The notes beneath the pieces are model-generated. The model worked only from the letters and a program-made list of their open reading frames with translations, was not told the DNA's origin and made no database searches. From NCBI GenBank assembly GCA_938091335.1, contig CALLJG010000011.1, positions 1,245-65,244 on the forward strand: DNA of 64,000 bases, written 5' to 3'. A program made the position numbers and the translations under genes. Below are positions 47,924-58,088 of this stretch, piece by piece; the stretch's first letter is position 1; each line of letters starts with the position of its first letter. This stretch comes from an uncultured Thermodesulfobacterium sp. GTDB lineage: Bacteria; Desulfobacterota; Thermodesulfobacteria; Thermodesulfobacteriales; Thermodesulfobacteriaceae.

Positions 47924-49300
47924 ATGTGTGGAATTTTTGGTGTTTTTGGAGTAAAAAATGCTGCTAATTATATTTATTTTGGATTGTATGCCTTACAACA
48001 TAGAGGACAAGAAAGTGTAGGAATTGCAGTATTTGATGGGAAAAAAATAAGAGAATGGAAAAATTTAGGTTTAGTTAGTGAAGTTTTTAATGAAGAGATA
48101 TTAAAAAATCTTCCTGGTTCTATTGGAATAGGACATGTGAGGTATTCTACCACAGGGTTAACCATTCTTCAAAATGTTCAACCCTTTTGTGTTAATTTTG
48201 CCAAAAAAACAATTGCTATTGCTCACAATGGGAATCTTGTCAATGCATATCAAATAAGGTGTAAGCTTGAAGAAGAAGGACATATTTTTCAGACTACTAT
48301 GGATAGTGAAGTAATAGTACATTTAATAGCCAAGAATCATAAAAAGGGTATTATTTCTGCTATTTGTGAAACTATGAAAAAAATTAGAGGAGCCTATTCA
48401 GTTCTTCTTCTTTATGAAAATTCTTTAATAGCCTTTAGAGATCCATGGGGATTCAGACCTTTATCTTTGGGAATATTAGATGGAGGATATATAATTTCTT
48501 CTGAAACTTGTGCTTTTGATTTAATAGGAGTTCAATATTTGAGAGATATAGAACCTGGAGAAGTTTTAGTGATAGACAAAGAAGGTCCTCAATCTTTTAA
48601 AGTTTTTGAAAAGGATGAGATTAAGCTTAGTCATTGCATTTTTGAATTTATTTATTTTTCAAGACCAGATAGCTATATTTTTGGTAAAAATGTGTATATA
48701 GTAAGAAAAAACCTTGGAAGGAATCTTTATAAAGAATGTCCACTTTCTGCAGATTTTGTTATGCCTTTTCCTGATTCTGGTAATTATGCTGCTATTGGAT
48801 ATGCCCAAGCAAGTGGGCTTCCTTTAGAATTTGGTATGATCAGGAATCATTATATAGGAAGAACTTTTATTCAACCTTCTGAAAAAATAAGAGATATTTC
48901 GGTAAAGATAAAGTTAAATCCTGTAAAAGATATTTTAAAGAATAAAGAAATTATTATTATTGATGACTCATTAGTAAGAGGAACAACTAGTAGAGATAGA
49001 CTTAAAAGTATAAAAGAGGCAGGTGCAAAAAACATTCATTTTCTGCTTTCTTGTCCTCCAATCAGATTTCCTTGCTTTTTTGGTATTGATTTTCCTACTG
49101 CTTCAGAATTAATTGCTGCTAAACACAATGTAGAAGAGATTAGAAGGTTTTTAGATATAAAAACCTTATATTATTTAAGTATCGAAGGGCTTCTTTCAGC
49201 TGTAGAAGAGTTAAAAGACAGGGTTTGTTTGGCTTGTTTTACCGGAGAATATCCATTAGAAGTAGATTTTACTTTTAGAAAAGATATTGCAGAAATTTAA
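47924..49300 (+). CDS. purF: Amidophosphoribosyltransferase
   Basis: N-terminal nucleophile MCGIFG, the PRTase motif IIIDDSLVRGTTS, and C-terminal Cys residues. Confidence 0.95.
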   Translation: MCGIFGVFGVKNAANYIYFGLYALQHRGQESVGIAVFDGKKIREWKNLGLVSEVFNEEILKNLPGSIGIGHVRYSTTGLTILQNVQPFCVNFAKKTIAIAHNGNLVNAYQIRCKLEEEGHIFQTTMDSEVIVHLIAKNHKKGIISAICETMKKIRGAYSVLLLYENSLIAFRDPWGFRPLSLGILDGGYIISSETCAFDLIGVQYLRDIEPGEVLVIDKEGPQSFKVFEKDEIKLSHCIFEFIYFSRPDSYIFGKNVYIVRKNLGRNLYKECPLSADFVMPFPDSGNYAAIGYAQASGLPLEFGMIRNHYIGRTFIQPSEKIRDISVKIKLNPVKDILKNKEIIIIDDSLVRGTTSRDRLKSIKEAGAKNIHFLLSCPPIRFPCFFGIDFPTASELIAAKHNVEEIRRFLDIKTLYYLSIEGLLSAVEELKDRVCLACFTGEYPLEVDFTFRKDIAEI

Positions 49301-49301
49301 A

Positions 49302-50777
49302 ATGAGAGCCTATAAAAATTTGGAAGAATTTATAGAAGTTTTAGAAAAAGAAAATGAACTTTTACGGATCAAAGAAGAGATTTCTCCTGAATTGGAAATT
49401 ACAGAAATAACTGATAGAGTTTGTAAACTTGGAGGACCTTGTCTTTTTTTTGAAAAAGTAAAAGGCCATAAAATACCAGTAGTAACCAATTTATTTGGTA
49501 GTTTTAAAAGAATTTCTCTTGCTTTTGGAGTAAAGGATGTTAATGAATTAGCTAAAAATTTTGAGGAATTCCTAGAAATTAAGCAAGTAGAAAGTTTTTT
49601 AGATAAGTTAAAGTTAATACCTAAAATCTGGCAAGTAAAAGATATTTTTCCTAAATTGGTGGATAAAGCACCTTGTCAAGAAGTAATAATAGAAGAAAAA
49701 GAAGTAGATTTATTTAAATTACCTATTTTGAAATGCTGGCCAAAGGATGGAGGTTATTATATAACGCTTCCTTGTGTAATTACTAAGGATCCAGAAACTG
49801 GGATTCGGAATTTGGGAATGTATAGGATGCAAGTTTATACTAAAAATGAAACTGGTCTACACTGGCAAATTCATAAAGGAGCAGCTTTACATTATTTGAA
49901 AGCTGAAAAATTAGGAGAAAAATTACCTGTAGCAGTATCAATAGGACCTGATCCTGCAGTAATTTATTCTGCTACAGCTCCTTTGCCAGAGGATATAGAT
50001 GAATTTTTATTTGCAGGTTTTTTAAGAGGAAGGCCTGTTGAACTTGTGAAATGTTTAACTATCCCTTTAGAGGTCCCTGCAGAATCTCAAATTGTTCTTG
50101 AAGGATATGTTGAGCCTTTTGAAAGGAGATTAGAAGGTCCATTTGGAGATCATACTGGATATTATACACCTCCTGATTATTATCCTGTGTTTAAAGTAAC
50201 TTGTATAACCATGAAAAAAAATCCTATATATCCTGCAACAGTTGTGGGTAAGCCTCCTCAGGAAGACTGCTATTTAGGTAAATTGACAGAAAGATTGTTT
50301 TTACCTTTAATAAAAAAATTTTTACCTGAAATTGTAGATATAAATCTTCCATGGGAAGGAGTTTTTCATAATTTAGCTTTTGTTTCTATAGATAAGCGAT
50401 ACCCTGGACATGCTTTTAAAGTAGCTTCTGCTCTTTGGGGACTTGGACAAATGATATTTACTAAAATCATAATAGTTTTTGATAAAGAAGTAGATGTTCA
50501 AAATCTAAAAGAAGTCTTGTTTTATATGAGTAGTAATGTAGATCCAGAAAGAGATATTTTGATAGTTAAGGGACCTATTGATGTTTTAGATCATGCTTCT
50601 TCATATCTTGCATTTGGATCCAAAATATGTATTGATGCAACTCGTAAATGGAAACAAGAGGGATATCTTAGAGAATGGCCAGAAGAAATTAAAATGAGTA
50701 AAGAGATAAAAGAAAAAATAGATAAAATTTGGTCTAAACTTGGAATAGAAGAATACTTAAAAAAGGGTAGTTTATGA
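49302..50777 (+). CDS. UbiD-family (prenyl-FMN-dependent) decarboxylase, probably menaquinone-related
   Basis: NLGMYRMQ, HWQIHKG and GPFGDHTGYY motifs. I prefer ATG 49302 because it avoids overlap with purF. Confidence 0.85.
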   Translation: MRAYKNLEEFIEVLEKENELLRIKEEISPELEITEITDRVCKLGGPCLFFEKVKGHKIPVVTNLFGSFKRISLAFGVKDVNELAKNFEEFLEIKQVESFLDKLKLIPKIWQVKDIFPKLVDKAPCQEVIIEEKEVDLFKLPILKCWPKDGGYYITLPCVITKDPETGIRNLGMYRMQVYTKNETGLHWQIHKGAALHYLKAEKLGEKLPVAVSIGPDPAVIYSATAPLPEDIDEFLFAGFLRGRPVELVKCLTIPLEVPAESQIVLEGYVEPFERRLEGPFGDHTGYYTPPDYYPVFKVTCITMKKNPIYPATVVGKPPQEDCYLGKLTERLFLPLIKKFLPEIVDINLPWEGVFHNLAFVSIDKRYPGHAFKVASALWGLGQMIFTKIIIVFDKEVDVQNLKEVLFYMSSNVDPERDILIVKGPIDVLDHASSYLAFGSKICIDATRKWKQEGYLREWPEEIKMSKEIKEKIDKIWSKLGIEEYLKKGSL

Positions 50778-51274
50778 AGATAGGTATTATGAGTGATAGT
50801 CATGATTCTATTCCCAATCTAAAGAAAGCTATTGATTTATGTTTAAAACAAGAGGTGGAAGTAATTTTTCATTGTGGGGACCTAATTTCACCTTTTATGA
50901 TTCCAATTCTTGGAGAATTTAAAGGGGAAATTCACTTAATTTTGGGTAATAATCCAGGAGATATCTTTTTATTAATGCAAAAACTTTCTGAATATCCAAA
51001 CATTAAATTTTATGGAGAAAATGCCTTTTTGGAATTAATAGGTTATAAGATCGGTATGGTTCATTATCCAAAAATAGCTTATCTTCTTGCAAAAAGTGGA
51101 GAATATAATTTTATTTTTTGTGGACATACTCATAGATATGAAGTAAAAAAAATAAATAATACTTTGGTGATAAACCCTGGAGAAATTTTAGGAAAAGAAG
51201 GATTGCCAAGTTTTGTAATTTTAGATTTACAAACAAAGGAATACCAAAAAATTACTATAAAAGGAGAAATATAA
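50774..51274 (+). CDS. YfcE/MJ0936-family metallophosphoesterase
   Basis: SDSHD, CGDL, GNN, and GHTH motifs in order. 166 aa. Confidence 0.75.
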   Translation: MKIGIMSDSHDSIPNLKKAIDLCLKQEVEVIFHCGDLISPFMIPILGEFKGEIHLILGNNPGDIFLLMQKLSEYPNIKFYGENAFLELIGYKIGMVHYPKIAYLLAKSGEYNFIFCGHTHRYEVKKINNTLVINPGEILGKEGLPSFVILDLQTKEYQKITIKGEI

Positions 51275-52968
51275 TGCGTTGGAGTAAATATTTTATTCCT
51301 ACTCTTAGAGAAGATCCTTCAGAGGCTGAAATAATAAGTCATAAATTTTTATTAAGGGCTGGAATGATAAGAAAGGTTTCTTCAGGTATTTATAATTTTT
51401 TACCTCTTGGATTTAAGGCATTAAAGAAGATTGAAAATGTGGTTAGAAATGAAATGAATAAAGCTGGGGCATTAGAAATTCTTATGCCTCTTGTTCAACC
51501 TGCTGAACTTTGGAAAGAAACAGAAAGATGGGATATTTATGGGAAGGAGCTATTAAGATTTAAAGATAGAAAAGAACATGAGTTTTGTTTAGGTCCAACC
51601 CATGAAGAGGTAGTTACTGATATAGTAAGAAGGGATATAAAATCTTATAAAGAGCTTCCTCTAATTCTTTATCAAATAGCTGTAAAATTTAGAGACGAGA
51701 TAAGACCTCGGTTTGGCTTGATGAGAGCAAGAGAATTTATAATGAAAGATGCTTATTCTTTTGACGCTAATTGGGAAGGACTTGAGAAAAGCTATCAACT
51801 TATGTATGAAACTTATGAAAAAATTTTTAGGAATTGTGGATTAAGATTTAAGGCTGTAGAAGCTCATACTGGAGCCATTGGAGGAGATATTTCTCATGAA
51901 TTTATGGTAATTGCAGAAACAGGAGAAGATGTACTTGCCCTTTGCGAAAATTGTGATTATGCTTCAAATGTAGAATTAACCCCTGCCATTTCTGGAGAAA
52001 AATACCCTTTAGAGTCAGAAAAGCCATTAGAAAAAGTTTATACTCCAGGAGTTAAAACAGCTCAGGAAGTAGCAGAGTTTTTAGGATTACCTCTTTCTAA
52101 AATTACTAAAACTTTAATCTATATAATTGATGAAAAAGAGCCTATAGCAGTTTGTATAAGAGGAGATCATGAAGTTAATGAATTAAAATTGGAAAAACTT
52201 TTTAAAGGAAAATCTTTTAGGATGGCTACAGAAGAAGAAGTAGAAAGGATTGTAGGAGCTAAGCCTGGTTTTATTGGACCCAAAGAGTTAAAGATAAAAA
52301 TAATTGCAGATAAATCATTGGTAGGATATCCTAATTTTGTAATAGGAGCAAATGAAAATGAATATCATTATGTTAATGCCAATTTAGGTTTATCTTTTGA
52401 ACCTGATTTGATTGAGGATGTGAGAAAAGCTTGTAAAGGGGACTTATGTCCAAAATGTGGAAATTTTCTTACTTTCATTCGAGGGATAGAAGTAGGACAT
52501 ATTTTTAAATTAGGGATTAAATACAGTGAACCTATGAAAGCCTTATTTTTAGATAAAGATGGACAAATGAAACCTTTTATAATGGGTTGCTATGGAATAG
52601 GAGTAAGTAGAGTGCTGGCTGCTACTATTGAACAAAATTATGATGAAAATGGTATTATTTTCCCATGGCAGATAGCGCCTTTTCAGGTTTCAATAGTTTA
52701 TCTAAAAGAAAATTTTAAAGAAATAGCAGAAAACCTTTATCAGAATCTTTTAAAAAATTGGGATGTAATTTTAGATGATAGACCTGAAAGGCCAGGGGTA
52801 AAATTTAAAGATATAGATTTGATAGGAGTTCCCTTGCAGATTATTATTGGAAAAACTTATGAAGAAAAAAAACAAATAGAAATTAAAATAAGAAAAACAC
52901 AGGAGAGAAAATGTTTAGCTTTGGAAAAAATTGAAGATTTTATAAAGGAATTTTCTAATGAGATATAA
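51274..52968 (+). CDS. proS: Proline--tRNA ligase (bacterial type with an INS editing domain)
   Basis: Class II motifs FRDEIRPRFGLMRAREF and GCYGIGVSR, plus an inserted editing domain. 564 aa. Confidence 0.95.
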   Translation: MRWSKYFIPTLREDPSEAEIISHKFLLRAGMIRKVSSGIYNFLPLGFKALKKIENVVRNEMNKAGALEILMPLVQPAELWKETERWDIYGKELLRFKDRKEHEFCLGPTHEEVVTDIVRRDIKSYKELPLILYQIAVKFRDEIRPRFGLMRAREFIMKDAYSFDANWEGLEKSYQLMYETYEKIFRNCGLRFKAVEAHTGAIGGDISHEFMVIAETGEDVLALCENCDYASNVELTPAISGEKYPLESEKPLEKVYTPGVKTAQEVAEFLGLPLSKITKTLIYIIDEKEPIAVCIRGDHEVNELKLEKLFKGKSFRMATEEEVERIVGAKPGFIGPKELKIKIIADKSLVGYPNFVIGANENEYHYVNANLGLSFEPDLIEDVRKACKGDLCPKCGNFLTFIRGIEVGHIFKLGIKYSEPMKALFLDKDGQMKPFIMGCYGIGVSRVLAATIEQNYDENGIIFPWQIAPFQVSIVYLKENFKEIAENLYQNLLKNWDVILDDRPERPGVKFKDIDLIGVPLQIIIGKTYEEKKQIEIKIRKTQERKCLALEKIEDFIKEFSNEI

Positions 52969-53971
52969 ATTATCCTATATAGCAAAAATTTTAAATGGAG
53001 TACTTATAGGGGAAGACTTTGAAATAGAAGGAATAAATGCTATTTCTTTTTCTTCAGAAAAAGATCTTATTTTTGTAGATTCTCTTAAAAGGATTGAAGC
53101 TGCTCAAAAGGCTAAAGCCAAAGCTGTTCTTTCTCCTCAAAATTTTAGTAAATATTTTTATAATAAATCAATAATAGAAGTAAAAGATGTAAGGGTAGCT
53201 TTTGCTAAACTTACTAATATTTTTAAAAAAGAAATAGAACCTTGTTGGGGAATAAGTGCTTATTCAATAATAGAAGAAGGGGTTAAAATTGAGGAACCTT
53301 GTGCTATATATCCCTGGGTTTATATTCAAAAAGGAGTAATTATTAAAAAGGGAGTAGTAATTTATCCAGGAGTTTTTTTAGGAGCTTATTCAGAAATAGG
53401 TGAAAATACTATTATTTATCCTAATGTAGTAATTTATCCTTATACTAAAATTGGTAAAAATTGTATAATCCATGCAGGAGTGGTGCTAGGAGCTGATGGT
53501 TTTGGATTTGCTCAAGAAGAATTAGAAGAAGGATATAAAAATATCAAAATTTACCATTTTGGAGGAGTAGAAATTGGAGATGAAGTGGAGATAGGAGCAA
53601 ATACAACAATAGATAAGGCTGTTTTTGGTAAAACTGTAATAGAAGAAGGAACTAAAATTGATAATTTAGTTCAGATTGGGCATAATGTGAGAATAGGAAA
53701 ACACAATATTCTTGTTGCTCAAGTGGGAATTGGAGGAAGTGCAGTATTAGAAGATTATGTAATGGTTGGGGGACAAACAGGGATAGCCTCTTATTCTAAA
53801 ATTGGTAAAGGTGCAAAAATTGCAGCAAAGTCTGGAGTAGTAGGAGAAGTTTTATCTGGGGAGGAAGTAGCAGGAATTCCAGCTATAAAAGCAAGTATTT
53901 GGAGAAAGGCAGTAGTTATTTTTTCTAAGCTACCAGAAATTTATAAAGAAATAAAAAAGTCCTTAAAATGA
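52958..53971 (+). CDS. lpxD: UDP-3-O-acylglucosamine N-acyltransferase
   Basis: N-terminal LpxD domain, extended left-handed beta-helix hexapeptide repeats, and a GADGFGF motif. Confidence 0.9.
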   Translation: MRYKLSYIAKILNGVLIGEDFEIEGINAISFSSEKDLIFVDSLKRIEAAQKAKAKAVLSPQNFSKYFYNKSIIEVKDVRVAFAKLTNIFKKEIEPCWGISAYSIIEEGVKIEEPCAIYPWVYIQKGVIIKKGVVIYPGVFLGAYSEIGENTIIYPNVVIYPYTKIGKNCIIHAGVVLGADGFGFAQEELEEGYKNIKIYHFGGVEIGDEVEIGANTTIDKAVFGKTVIEEGTKIDNLVQIGHNVRIGKHNILVAQVGIGGSAVLEDYVMVGGQTGIASYSKIGKGAKIAAKSGVVGEVLSGEEVAGIPAIKASIWRKAVVIFSKLPEIYKEIKKSLK

Positions 53972-54044
53972 ATTTAATTCCTTAAATTAAGGATTGAAAA
54001 ATAGCTTTAAATATGGTTTATTTTTAAGAGAAATATTTTTTAAA

Positions 54045-54117
54045 GCCCCCATCGTCTAGTGGACTAGGATACTGGCCTCTCACGCCAGAGACACGGGTTC
54101 GAATCCCGTTGGGGGCG
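54045..54117 (+). tRNA. tRNA-Glu (anticodon CUC)
   Basis: GCCCCCATCGTCTAGTGGACTAGGATACTGGCCTCTCACGCCAGAGACACGGGTTCGAATCCCGTTGGGGGCG. The anticodon loop is CTCTCAC. Confidence 0.9.
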
Positions 54118-54175
54118 GGTTTTATGAAAAGTTTGAAAAATAAAGATATTTTAAAATAAAAATTAGGAGGTAAAA

Positions 54176-54676
54176 ATGATGAAAAAATTATTTATAATCA
54201 TGTTAATTAATTTAGGATTAATTTTTTTAGTTAGGGCAGAACAATTAAGTTTTCCTAAAAATAAAAATTTGGTTTTAATAAATGAAAATAAGCAGGGAGA
54301 AAAACTTTTTTATATTCAGGATTCCTTTAAAAAAATTTCTGATTCAAAAATAGAAGTAGAACTTTTATATTTTCCCAGAGAAAATATAGCTAAAAGGTGT
54401 GAAGATTATTGGATATATTGGTTAACAAGTGGAGAATATAGAGAATATTTATGGATTCCTTTAGAAAAAGAGGAATTGGAAAGATGTAGAAGTATAAAAT
54501 ACGGAATTTATAAATGGCAAATTGATTGTAAGAAAAAAATTTATAAAGAAAAAGATTGGGGTTGGTATAATGAAGAAGGAAATCTAATTTATACTAAAAA
54601 ATCTGTAGGTATTTCATTTTTACTTATTCCTAAAGATTTAATAAATGATGAGTTTTTCAATAAAATTTGTAAATAA
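54176..54676 (+). CDS. Secreted hypothetical protein, Trp/Tyr-rich with four Cys
   Basis: AGGAGG RBS, signal peptide MMKKLFIIMLINLGLIFLVRA, and four Cys (RCEDY, RCRS, DCKK, ICK). I recognise no family. Confidence 0.5.
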   Translation: MMKKLFIIMLINLGLIFLVRAEQLSFPKNKNLVLINENKQGEKLFYIQDSFKKISDSKIEVELLYFPRENIAKRCEDYWIYWLTSGEYREYLWIPLEKEELERCRSIKYGIYKWQIDCKKKIYKEKDWGWYNEEGNLIYTKKSVGISFLLIPKDLINDEFFNKICK

Positions 54677-54681
54677 ATTAA

Positions 54682-56013
54682 ATGGTTTATGATTTTCTTT
54701 TGATTAATCCATGGATTTATGATTTTGCAGCTTATGATTTTTGGTTAAGACCTTATGGTTTACTTCTTTTAGGGGGTAAATTAAGAAAACTTGGATATTC
54801 TATTTATTATTTGGATCTTCTAGATCCTTTTCATCCAGAACTTTTAAAAAAGCCAAAAAGAAAGGATTTTGGTATAGGCCATTTTTATAAAGAGGTAATT
54901 CCCAAACCTATTTTTTTTAAAGATATTCCAAGAAGATTTTATAGATATGGACTTCCTTTAGATATTTTTAAAAGAATTTTAAATTCGCTTAGATTTAAAG
55001 CTATTTTTTTAACTTGTACTATGACTTATTGGTATCCTGGAGTTTTTGCCTTATTAGAGTATTTAACCTCTAATTATCCTGAAATTCCTATTTATATAGG
55101 AGGAATTTATGTAAAGCTTTGTTATGAGCATATTAAAAATCATCTTTCCCTTTATTATAAAAATTATCCTATTTACATTGTAAATGAGGATATAGAAAAA
55201 TTTCTTGAAAAAATTAGGAAAAAATATGAACCTTCTCAGCAGCCTTATATTAATGATTATCCTATTTTTGATATGCAATCTCATTGTCCTTATGTAATAG
55301 TTATGACAAGTTATGGATGTCCTTTCAATTGTCCTTATTGTGGTTCTAAACTTCTTTTCTCATATTTTAAAAAAAGAGATCCAGAAGAAGTGTTTGAAGA
55401 AATAAGGTTTTGGTATGAGAATCATAAAATTATAGATTTTGCTTTTTATGATGATGCCTTACTTTTTGATTTTGAAAATCATCTTGGTATTATACTAGAA
55501 AAAATAATTTCTAAAAATCTTAAAGTAAGGTTTCATACTCCTAATGCTATTCATGCAAGATTTATAACTCGAGAAGTTGCAAAATTGTTAAAAAAAGCAG
55601 AATTTAAAACTATAAGAATTGGTCTTGAAAGAGTTGAAGAAAGATTGGATAATAAGTTAAGCTTAGAAGAATTTTTACAAGCTGTAAATTATCTTAAAGA
55701 AGTAGGATTTAAAGAAAAAGAAATAGGAGCTTATCTTTTATATGGAATACCAGGAGAAAATTTTGATGCCTTTAAAAAAAGTTTATTATTTTTAAAAGAA
55801 CATAGGATACCTCCCTATTTAGCTGAATTTTCTCCTGTTCCGAAAACACTTTTTTTTGAAATTGCAAAAAACGAATCTCGTTATCCTCTTGAGGAAGACC
55901 CCATTTTTCATAATAATACTATTTTTCCAGCTTTAAAAAATCCAGATTGGGAAAAAATAAAAGAGGTTAAAGATTTAGCTAGAAAAATTCGGTACCAAAT
56001 TTTTCAGTCTTGA
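54682..56013 (+). CDS. B12-binding-domain radical SAM protein
   Basis: N-terminal Rossmann-like cobalamin-domain pattern (LLINPW...GLLLLGGKLRKLGYSIYYLDL), then SYGCPFNCPYCGS (CxxxCxxC). Confidence 0.8.
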   Translation: MVYDFLLINPWIYDFAAYDFWLRPYGLLLLGGKLRKLGYSIYYLDLLDPFHPELLKKPKRKDFGIGHFYKEVIPKPIFFKDIPRRFYRYGLPLDIFKRILNSLRFKAIFLTCTMTYWYPGVFALLEYLTSNYPEIPIYIGGIYVKLCYEHIKNHLSLYYKNYPIYIVNEDIEKFLEKIRKKYEPSQQPYINDYPIFDMQSHCPYVIVMTSYGCPFNCPYCGSKLLFSYFKKRDPEEVFEEIRFWYENHKIIDFAFYDDALLFDFENHLGIILEKIISKNLKVRFHTPNAIHARFITREVAKLLKKAEFKTIRIGLERVEERLDNKLSLEEFLQAVNYLKEVGFKEKEIGAYLLYGIPGENFDAFKKSLLFLKEHRIPPYLAEFSPVPKTLFFEIAKNESRYPLEEDPIFHNNTIFPALKNPDWEKIKEVKDLARKIRYQIFQS

Positions 56014-56199
56014 AGAACCATCCATATAATCCTTAGTCTTTATTTTTTCCTTACCTATTATTTTCTTTATTTTGTTTAAAGCTTTATTTTTCAAGCTTAT
56101 ATAGGTAAAACTTCTATAATTTTTCGTTAAGTATTAATAAATAAGTTTGCCAAAATATAATTTATTTTTAAAATTTTTGAAAATCAAAATTTTTTAAAG

Positions 56200-57369
56200 A
56201 TGTTTAAAAAGTTTTTTTACATAAGTTTTATTTATTTTTTTTCTGGTCTTCCTTTTGGTTTTTTTTATAATTTTATTCCTGTATTTTTTAGAAGCAAAGG
56301 AATTGATCTTGAAACCATCGGACTTTTTTCCATAGTAGGACTTCCTTGGAGTTTAAGACTCTTTTTTGCCCCTTTTATAGATAGATATTTTTATAAAAGC
56401 TTTTGGATGGGTCTATCCCTTATAAACATAGGAATAGTTTTTTTTATTTTATCTAATTTATTTCCAGCTACTTTACTTTTTTTGATTTTTGTCTTTTTTC
56501 TTACTTTTTTTTCAGCAATTTTTGATACTTCTGCTGATGGATTTGTTGTTGAATGGATACCTTCAGAAATATTAGGTAAAGTTAATGGATTTAGAATCTC
56601 AGCTTATAGAATATCTCTTATTGTTTTTGGTGGAGGGGTAGTTGCTCTAAGTCATTATTTAGAATTTGAATTAATCTTTTATATTTTAGGAACTATAAGT
56701 TTTTTAAGTGGTATTTTTTTATTTTTAAATAATTTTTTAAAAGTTAGATATAAAGATAATTTTATTTCTTTTAGATTTCAATTTATAGGAGCTTTAAAAG
56801 ATATATTTAAAAGAGAAAAAGTGTTTTTTATTCTTATGTTAGTTTTAACTTATAAGCTCGGAGATGCTTTACTTGGCGCTATGGTATATCCTTTCTGGAT
56901 AGATAGAGGGTTTAATAGGCTTGAGATAGGTCTTATTTCTGGAACTTTAGGAAGTATTTTTACTATAATTGGTTCTATTTTAGGAGGCTTTTTAACTAAT
57001 ATCTGGTCTATTAAAAAGTCTTTGCTAATTCTTGGTTTTTTTCAATCTATCTCTAATCTTGGGTATACTATTGCTTCTTTAGAAAGATTTCCTAAAGAAA
57101 CAGTTTATTTTGCTTCTTTATTTGAGAGTTTTAGTGGGGGACTTGGAACAGCAGCGTTTGTTACTTTTCTTACTAAACTTTGTAAAAGGGAATTTTCTTC
57201 TACTCAATATGCTGTATTTTCAACTATTTTTAGCCTTTCTTTAACCTTTTCAAGAAGTTTATCAGGTTATGGAGCAAGTTTTTTAGGATATACCTATTTT
57301 TTTCTTTTTACTTTTTTTATCTCCCTTTTACCTTTTTTATTAATTCCCTTTCTTTCTCAAAAATCGTAA
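56200..57369 (+). CDS. MFS transporter, AmpG/LplT-like
   Basis: About 12 TM helices, with LPWSLRLFFAPFIDRY resembling the AmpG-family loop 2-3 motif. Confidence 0.7.
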   Translation: MFKKFFYISFIYFFSGLPFGFFYNFIPVFFRSKGIDLETIGLFSIVGLPWSLRLFFAPFIDRYFYKSFWMGLSLINIGIVFFILSNLFPATLLFLIFVFFLTFFSAIFDTSADGFVVEWIPSEILGKVNGFRISAYRISLIVFGGGVVALSHYLEFELIFYILGTISFLSGIFLFLNNFLKVRYKDNFISFRFQFIGALKDIFKREKVFFILMLVLTYKLGDALLGAMVYPFWIDRGFNRLEIGLISGTLGSIFTIIGSILGGFLTNIWSIKKSLLILGFFQSISNLGYTIASLERFPKETVYFASLFESFSGGLGTAAFVTFLTKLCKREFSSTQYAVFSTIFSLSLTFSRSLSGYGASFLGYTYFFLFTFFISLLPFLLIPFLSQKS

Positions 57370-57451
57370 TTCTTTCCAACTTTAACAAGTTTTTCTTGAA
57401 CATCAATTATTACAAGAAGAATATTTTGTGGTGTAACAAAATACTTTTCCA

Positions 57452-58087
57452 TCAAGGGTTTTCTCCTATATAGATTTCTTCTTTTAATTTAGGTGAAAAT
57501 TCCCTAAGAGCTTTTTTAATAAGTGTATCTAATGTATCTGTTTCTTCAAAAATTTTATATAAAATTTTTTCTACCTCTTTACCTTGAAATCCTAAACTCA
57601 TAAGACAGCTCTTAGCTTCTTCAAGAAGTATCTCTTTTTCAGGAGGAAGAAAGATCCCTTTCTGAAAGGGTTTCAAAAAGAGAGATTTTAACTCAAGATA
57701 AAGTTTTTCAGCTCTTTTTGGACCTATTCCAGGCACTTTTGAAAGTTCATGAACTTTTTTATTAATAATTACCTCTCTTAAAGTTTCAGGAGAAAATACA
57801 GAAAGCAAATTCAAAGCCAATTTTGGTCCTATTTTTGAAAGATTGTTTAATTTAATAAAAAGCTCTCTTTCATCTTTATTTAAAAATCCATATATTTCTA
57901 TATATTCATTTTTTCTTAATATAGGTACCACATAAAAAGTGATCTCCTTTTCTAAAAAATTTTTTCTTAAAAGATCAACCAAATTTAAAGGAATTAATAG
58001 TTCCAATAAAATAAAATTATTTGTTTGTAAGATGAGTTTATTTGGAGGATTTATCTCTTTTAGTTTTCCTTTAATCTGATATAGCAT
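57452..58087 (-). CDS. ruvA: Holliday junction DNA helicase subunit RuvA
   Basis: OB-fold N-terminus (MLYQIKGKL), two HhH motifs (LSKIGPKLALNLL and VPGIGPKRAEKL), and a C-terminal domain III. Confidence 0.9.
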   Translation of the reverse strand: MLYQIKGKLKEINPPNKLILQTNNFILLELLIPLNLVDLLRKNFLEKEITFYVVPILRKNEYIEIYGFLNKDERELFIKLNNLSKIGPKLALNLLSVFSPETLREVIINKKVHELSKVPGIGPKRAEKLYLELKSLFLKPFQKGIFLPPEKEILLEEAKSCLMSLGFQGKEVEKILYKIFEETDTLDTLIKKALREFSPKLKEEIYIGENP

Positions 58088-58088
58088 T

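Noticed and set aside
54045-57369. A possible island at tRNA-Glu (secreted protein, B12-rSAM and AmpG-like transporter)
   Set aside because: No integrase, no direct repeat of the tRNA 3' end and no obvious compositional break. I treat it as ordinary chromosomal context.
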